This document shows, piece after piece, positions 30,555-35,468 of a DNA stretch of 35,468 bases. The position numbers were made by a program, and so were the translations under genes. The notes under the pieces were generated by a model. That model was not told the origin of the DNA. It worked only from the letters and a program-made list of their open reading frames with translations, and made no database searches. The stretch covers positions 1 through 35,468 of the forward strand of contig QENJ01000220.1 in NCBI GenBank assembly GCA_013374505.1, read 5' to 3'. Source of the DNA: Candidatus Methanophagaceae archaeon (GTDB lineage Archaea; Halobacteriota; Syntropharchaeia; Alkanophagales; Methanospirareceae). How positions within the stretch are numbered: the first letter of the stretch is position 1; each line of letters begins with the position of its first letter.

Positions 30555-31838
30555 ATGGCAAAAGAAGACAACCATCTATTCTTTGGTGGTGTGGACGTTG
30601 TAGAACTGGCTGAACGATACGGTACGCCGCTCTATGTGACAGATGAGACAATGTTAAGAGCGAATATCAGGAATTATAAACGTACTTTCGGGAAGCCCAA
30701 CACGGACATAGATACCGACATATTCTTTGCGGTAAAAGCAAACGGTAATTTAGCGATTTTGAAGGTGCTGGCACAAGAGGGTATGGGTGCGGATGTGTTT
30801 TCAGCAGGCGAACTCCATCTTACTAAGTTAGCGGGCATACCACGTGAAAAGATTTTGTTCAACGGTAATTCAAAGAGCGAAGACGACTTAAGAACTGCGG
30901 TAGAGTCGGGTGTAAAGATCTCAGTAGATTCGCGTGACGAGCTGAGCGCTTTAGCTGCGGTTACTGACGAGCTGGGCAAAGAAGCGGCGATAGCCATACG
31001 AGTAAATCCTGATGTATCGCCTGCGGTAAATCCCAAAATAGCCACGGGCTTAAAAGAATCGCAATTCGGGGTGCCATACCACGAAATTATATCTGTCTGC
31101 GAAGAAGCAGAGCAGTATAGAAACATTGCTCTTAAAGGCTTGCATTGTCATATCGGCTCGCAAATACTGAAGTTAAACGTATTTGGCGAAGCTGCGGAGA
31201 AGATGATGAACCTCGTTGAGCAATTACATGAACGTGGAATGGAACTCGAATTCGTGGACCTCGGTGGCGGGCTTGGAATCGGTTATAGTGACGAGGATAA
31301 AAAGATAGTGCCTACGCCTGACGACCTCGCAGAAGTAATATTACCTATTCTTACAGATAGGATGAATTCATTGGGGCTAAACCTGAAGCTAATCCTGGAG
31401 CCGGGACGGTCTATTGCCGGCACTACCGCCATACTACTAAGCCATGTGAATGCGGTTAAGCCCGCGCATAAGATTTTCGTGGCGATAGATGCCGGGTTTA
31501 ATTTGTTGATACGACCTGTGATGTACGATGCGTACCATGAAGTGGTGGTAGCGAACAGGCAAAATGAGCGTGCTTCGACTCTATATACCGTTGTTGGTCC
31601 CGTATGCGAATCCGGAGATATAATCGCGAAGGACAGGATGCTGCCGGCAGTAAAACGAGGCGATTTGATTGCAATACAGGATGTCGGTGCTTACGGTTTC
31701 TCGATGAGTTCGCAATATAATGGACGGCCGAGATGTGCCGAGGTGCTTGTAAATGATGGCACGGTGGATTTGATACGGTCGAGAGAGGGCATAGAAGATT
31801 TGTTGAGGACACAAAAGGTTCCGGATAGGTTGATGTGA
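30555..31838 (+). CDS. lysA: Diaminopimelate decarboxylase
   Basis: PLP lysine in 'AVKAN', 'HCHIGSQ', 'LEPGRSI', 'GPVCESGD', 'GAYGFSMSSQYN'. Confidence 0.97.
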   Translation: MAKEDNHLFFGGVDVVELAERYGTPLYVTDETMLRANIRNYKRTFGKPNTDIDTDIFFAVKANGNLAILKVLAQEGMGADVFSAGELHLTKLAGIPREKILFNGNSKSEDDLRTAVESGVKISVDSRDELSALAAVTDELGKEAAIAIRVNPDVSPAVNPKIATGLKESQFGVPYHEIISVCEEAEQYRNIALKGLHCHIGSQILKLNVFGEAAEKMMNLVEQLHERGMELEFVDLGGGLGIGYSDEDKKIVPTPDDLAEVILPILTDRMNSLGLNLKLILEPGRSIAGTTAILLSHVNAVKPAHKIFVAIDAGFNLLIRPVMYDAYHEVVVANRQNERASTLYTVVGPVCESGDIIAKDRMLPAVKRGDLIAIQDVGAYGFSMSSQYNGRPRCAEVLVNDGTVDLIRSREGIEDLLRTQKVPDRLM

Positions 31839-32761
31839 GTGAAAAAGGCATGAAAATCGGGATATTAGGTCCTGCCGGGACGTTTACGGAAACGGCGGCA
31901 GTGCAGTGGCTGAAAGAGTCAGTAAAGAATGATACAGGCGAGATAAACTATTATGACACGATATTTGAGGTAGCGGAAGGACTGTTAAAGAACGAGGTGG
32001 ACTATGGGATTGTACCAATCGAGAATTCTCTGGAAGGTTCTGTGGGTGAGACCTTAGATGTTCTATCAGGCGAAAATGCCGAAGGCGGTATGCAGATAGT
32101 AGGCGAGATATTAGTGCCGATACGGATTTGTTTGATGGCGAAACAAAACCTTTCTTTAAAAAAGAAAGCTTTAGCAAAGAAACATGTTTATTCGTCTCAC
32201 GAAGACGATGCACAGGCTCTTGCCGGAATAAGAACGATAGTTTCTCGCCCGCATGCACTGGCGCAGTGTAAGCGGTTCCTACGGGAACGGTGTAAAGGGC
32301 TGGAACTGAAAGCTGTGGACAGTACGGCGGGTGCTGCGAAATTGGCTTCGCAATCAGAAGAGTTAGCAGCGTTAGCGTCTGAAGAAGCAGCGGACAAATA
32401 CGGGCTTAATATAATCGTGGAAGATGTGCAGGACCGAGATAGTGTTACGAGATTTGTCGTGCTTTCTTCTTCTGGTATAAAAACATATCCTACCGGTAAC
32501 GATAAGACTTCTATATTGCTATACCTGAAGGACAGTCCGGGTGCGTTATACGATACTTTGGGTGAATTTGCACAACGTGAAATAAGCCTCACGAAGATTG
32601 AGTCACGACCGTCAAAGAAGGCTATGGGTGATTATATGTTTCACATCGATTGCGAAGGGCATATAGAGGAGAAGAAGATAAAAGAAGCGTTAGAAGGTGT
32701 TAAAACTAAGGTGGTGATGTTGAAAATGCTGGGTGCTTATCCTGTGGCAAGTAACTATTAA
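31835..32761 (+). CDS. pheA: Prephenate dehydratase with ACT domain
   Basis: 'LGPAGTFTE', 'VPIENSLEGSV', 'TRF', 'LTKIESRP'. Confidence 0.94.
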   Translation: MSEKGMKIGILGPAGTFTETAAVQWLKESVKNDTGEINYYDTIFEVAEGLLKNEVDYGIVPIENSLEGSVGETLDVLSGENAEGGMQIVGEILVPIRICLMAKQNLSLKKKALAKKHVYSSHEDDAQALAGIRTIVSRPHALAQCKRFLRERCKGLELKAVDSTAGAAKLASQSEELAALASEEAADKYGLNIIVEDVQDRDSVTRFVVLSSSGIKTYPTGNDKTSILLYLKDSPGALYDTLGEFAQREISLTKIESRPSKKAMGDYMFHIDCEGHIEEKKIKEALEGVKTKVVMLKMLGAYPVASNY

Positions 32762-32769
32762 GATTGTGG

Positions 32770-32840
32770 TTTCTAAAAAGGTTGCGGGTAAACAGCACAG
32801 GAGTGATTTTAACCATCTGGCGGATCAAACTACGAGGCAC
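32770..32840 (-). ncRNA. 5' fragment (71 nt) of a group II intron-like element
   Basis: 66/71 identical to 34445-34515; begins GTGCC on the minus strand; truncated inside a palindromic repeat. Confidence 0.65.
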
Positions 32841-32871
32841 CGTCCCACTCTGACTAAAATCGGAGGCATCC
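32841..32871 (-). repeat. REP-like / IS200-IS605-end-like hairpin (copy 1)
   Basis: Minus strand GGATGC-CTCCGATTTTAGTCAGAG-TGGGACG directly upstream of GTGCC. Confidence 0.55.
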
Positions 32872-32937
32872 ATGAGAGCAGTTGAATAAACTATAAAGGT
32901 GAACTATATAGAAGGGCAATATTATAGTTGATTAGAT

Positions 32938-33735
32938 ATGGAGTTTAACGAGAGCGATTTGATTAGGGAATATCTAAAATTTTGTGACTTAAGAAATAAA
33001 GCACTTCATACGAAAGAGATGGACTTATCCAACATAGACTGGTTTTATCCAACAAAACTCCTCCCATTAGGCATTTTCATAAAAACAAATCGCGATATTT
33101 CTGTTATCCCTCCAACCTCCTCTTATGTTTTAAGTTATTATAATATCATCACTAAGGGTAAGCAACACGTTTCTCCTAGAAGTAGCTATCATCCTATTGC
33201 AGAAATACCACCCGATGAGCATCAACGAGAAAGAATGCTTGAACCGTTATATGCTTTTGAAAGTGATTATATTGGTGGTCGTAATGCCTTTGCTTATCTT
33301 ATTGGTGAATTAGTTGATAATGTGTACCAACATTCAAGCTTCTCAACCGCGTATATAATGGCTCAGAAATATCCAACAAAGCGATTTATAGAGATCAGTA
33401 TAATGGACAATGGGATTACTATACCAGGATCTTTCAAAGAAGCGGGATTTGAATTTGATGATACCACCGCCCTTTCAGAAGCAATAAAAGGGCAATCTAC
33501 AAAACACGATAAAGAAAGAGGGTTTGGCTTAATATCTTCCATAAACTTACTTACAAAGGGTTTAGATGGAGAATGTTTAATCGTGTCGAGAAAGGGGGGA
33601 TTCACCGCGGAAGGGGAAGGCGAGAAAACTTTTTATAATATGGGTAAATATTATGCACTAAACGGCACATTAATATCTATTAGAGTACCTTATATAACTA
33701 AAACGGTGAATATATATGACTACCTTGAGCAGTGA
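32938..33735 (+). CDS. Stand-alone HATPase_c (GHKL) protein
   Basis: N box 'GELVDNVYQHS', G1 'DNGITIP', G2 'RGFGL'; AT-rich. Confidence 0.85.
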   Translation: MEFNESDLIREYLKFCDLRNKALHTKEMDLSNIDWFYPTKLLPLGIFIKTNRDISVIPPTSSYVLSYYNIITKGKQHVSPRSSYHPIAEIPPDEHQRERMLEPLYAFESDYIGGRNAFAYLIGELVDNVYQHSSFSTAYIMAQKYPTKRFIEISIMDNGITIPGSFKEAGFEFDDTTALSEAIKGQSTKHDKERGFGLISSINLLTKGLDGECLIVSRKGGFTAEGEGEKTFYNMGKYYALNGTLISIRVPYITKTVNIYDYLEQ

Positions 33736-34048
33736 AATAGTATTGCAGCTTGCAGAACACATATCTGAGAATTTAGCTTTTAGAGATAGTGTAGACAATT
33801 TATTTAGTCATATAGCTAGTCTTGAAGAAACTAATATAATAATCGATTTTTTAGGAATCAAATCAATAACCGGCTCATTTGCACATCAATACATAATAAA
33901 CAAAAAAAAGGCTATAAAACATCTCACCGAGAGAAATATGCCCCTTGATGTTAAAAAGATGTTTGAACTAGTAGAACGGCGAAATTTAAAACCTAGAGAA
34001 ATAAGCACTGAACCCATAGAGGTCTTAGATGTCGTTTCCAGTTTTTAA
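33716..34048 (+). CDS. STAS-like (DUF4325-type) protein
   Basis: 'IIIDFLGIKSITGSFAHQ' matches the STAS 'lDfsgv..i.sSf' pattern; overlaps the HATPase gene. Confidence 0.75.
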   Translation: MTTLSSEIVLQLAEHISENLAFRDSVDNLFSHIASLEETNIIIDFLGIKSITGSFAHQYIINKKKAIKHLTERNMPLDVKKMFELVERRNLKPREISTEPIEVLDVVSSF

Positions 34049-34051
34049 GTT

Positions 34052-34515
34052 GCAGAGTAAGAAGAGAGCTTTCAACCTCCGTCCCCTCATCGAACAGCAC
34101 GTACGGATTTCCCGTATGCTGCTCTCCTTTCAAACTTTAGGAAAGTTTGACCAAAAAGTTTCGCAAATACCGACCATAATCGGTCATGCTAACCCTCTAT
34201 GGGGATTCCAGTTTTCACCCCCCGTAGAGGCATCGAACTTCCCCAAGTGGAGGGCGGGTCGTCGTTTAGCACATCCCACCTCGGGTTCGCTTGCGCTTCG
34301 GGCTGAAGACCGCCTCAGGCTCTTCAGAAAACTTTTAGAAAAAGTTTTATCAAAAATGCTTTCGCTATCCCCCTTACGAGGGACACCATGCCACTGTTGG
34401 CTTCTGCATAATCCAAGCCGTAGGCGGATGTTTTTGATTAGCCTTTTCTAAAAAGGTTGCGGGTAAACAGCACAGGAGGGATTTTAACCCTCTGGCTGAT
34501 TAAATTACGAGGCAC
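34052..34515 (-). ncRNA. ORF-less group II intron-like ribozyme (~464 nt, probably degenerate)
   Basis: Domain V GAGCAGCATACGGGAAATCCGTACGTGCTGTTC (34124-34092; AGC triad, AC bulge). Domain VI GAGGGG...CTTCTTACTCTGC with bulged A. 5' GTGCC followed by a GAGGG-TTAAAAT-CCCTC hairpin. No RT ORF. The 5' boundary is inferred from the sister copy. Confidence 0.8.
34130..34458. repeat. Three copies of a ~29-bp palindromic repeat (AAACTTTT-AGA-AAAAGTTT-nATCAAAAA type)
   Basis: 34130-34157, 34328-34356 and an inverted copy at 34431-34458; partial copy at 32770-32783. Confidence 0.75.
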
Positions 34516-34547
34516 GCCGCCACACCCGAATGAATTCGGGTGCATCC
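34516..34547 (-). repeat. REP-like / IS200-IS605-end-like hairpin (copy 2)
   Basis: Minus strand GGATG-CACCCGAA-TTCA-TTCGGGTG-TGGCGGC, a perfect 8-bp stem directly upstream of GTGCC. Confidence 0.65.
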
Positions 34548-34583
34548 GTTGTGCGTACAGGGCTTCACATCCCTTTCTTGTGT

Positions 34584-35468
34584 TCATTTAACATCATTTT
34601 TTAAAAACGTAACATTTCCTCTATTTATTCTATTAACATATAACTCTATCTCCCCACTCAATTCAGATTTTTTTGCATAACCATTTTCAATCTTGATTAA
34701 CGAACCTATACTTAGCCTGTCGACAAGATCAGTATATTCATCCCAAAGTGATACATCAATGCTACCAGTGTCATCTGATATGTAAACATGTGCTATTTTT
34801 CCTCCTTCAAATTCATTTTTAACACCAACCGAATCAACTTTGCAGATAATATTGCAGAGTTTATTTGGCTCAATACCAGCAATTTTTGTAATGCTCTCTT
34901 CTATATCACCATCATACATTGGAATATTCTCGCCAAATTTTGATAAATCTCCCAAAAATAGCGTTTTCCAGTTTATACGACCTGATTCAACAGCCTCTTT
35001 GATTTTTTTCTGAGTAGGATTCAAATAAGCACTCTTTCCTGTTTTAACCTCCATAAAAATTATCGTAATCTGATCATCTGTATTTCTATCTTTAACGTCG
35101 GTATATCTATCAAAAATCACATAATCAATAGGGCTTCCTATGAAACGAGCATCTGCTGGATTGTATTCAAATATTGGCAGAAGAGGGGCCATTTGTTCCC
35201 CAATTCTTCCTTTTAAACTGGCACGACTCGTTTCAAGTGTTTTCTTCTTTATAGCTTTTTCCGCTTCCCTCTTCCAATTTTCAAATCTTGCTTCGTAATC
35301 TCTTTCTATTGATGCCTTAAGTTCTTCTTTTTGCCGATTAAAAAATTCTTTTCCTTTCTCTTCTACCCTTTCGAGAACTTCACCCTTCGAAACTGCTTTA
35401 TATATCAAAAACCCAAGAATAAAACCAAAAATTAGAGCTAATAATATGAAAAATATCATTCCATCCAT
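34584..35468 (-). CDS. Membrane-anchored Holliday-junction-resolvase-like (Endonuc_Holl, PD-(D/E)XK) nuclease fused to an RPA/SSB-type OB fold
   Basis: N-terminal TM + coiled coil; 'SRASLKGRIGEQMAP...ARFIGSPIDYVIF...EVKTG'; C-terminal 'ISDDTGSIDVSLWD...IKIENGY'. The ATG sits at the window edge. Confidence 0.82.
   Translation of the reverse strand: MDGMIFFILLALIFGFILGFLIYKAVSKGEVLERVEEKGKEFFNRQKEELKASIERDYEARFENWKREAEKAIKKKTLETSRASLKGRIGEQMAPLLPIFEYNPADARFIGSPIDYVIFDRYTDVKDRNTDDQITIIFMEVKTGKSAYLNPTQKKIKEAVESGRINWKTLFLGDLSKFGENIPMYDGDIEESITKIAGIEPNKLCNIICKVDSVGVKNEFEGGKIAHVYISDDTGSIDVSLWDEYTDLVDRLSIGSLIKIENGYAKKSELSGEIELYVNRINRGNVTFLKNDVK

Noticed and set aside
34029-34451. 140-aa ORF overlapping the intron
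   Set aside because: Antisense to the structured RNA, no RT motifs (no YADD) and no recognisable family.
34516-34554. Integron attC site
   Set aside because: GTTGTGC is present, but there is no complementary RYYYAAC box on the other side of the hairpin and no integrase in the window.
1-35468. Genome-wide reassignment of TAG (pyrrolysine) or TGA (selenocysteine/Trp)
   Set aside because: rrp41, dapA, trmI and others end in TAG, and rps15, rps17e and lysA end in TGA, at their expected C-termini. The internal stops are single cases, and the rpl24p TGA is not at a Cys/Trp position.

Overview
An archaeal chromosomal segment, inferred to be Halobacteriota and most likely ANME-1/Methanophagales from gene content, PGF-CTERM-like anchors and an ANME-type extracellular domain. 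The left third is housekeeping: tRNA-Ala(CGC), psmA-SBDS-rrp4-rrp41-rrp42, tfe, an HD protein, a stand-alone rpl24p with an in-frame TGA, a geranylgeranyl reductase, rps15, rps17e and dapA. The middle holds two decayed IS481-like elements, a site-2 protease, TrmI, a DUF3160 surface protein, a PAC2/PbaB-like gene split by an in-frame TAG, a second GGR, a cohesin protein, a radical SAM enzyme, a DUF2254 protein with 23-aa repeats, a uridine phosphorylase pseudogene, and an FmdE-family gene whose signal peptide is cut by a 242-bp MITE. NfeD, a MoaE-like gene, lysA and pheA follow. The most unusual structure is at the right end, on the minus strand. An ORF-less group II intron-like RNA (34052-34515, clear domains V/VI) and a 5' fragment of a sister copy (32770-32840) each begin right after a related palindromic hairpin. 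Together they bracket an AT-rich HATPase+STAS gene pair, next to a membrane-anchored nuclease/OB-fold fusion. All family calls come from motif recognition by eye; no searches were run.
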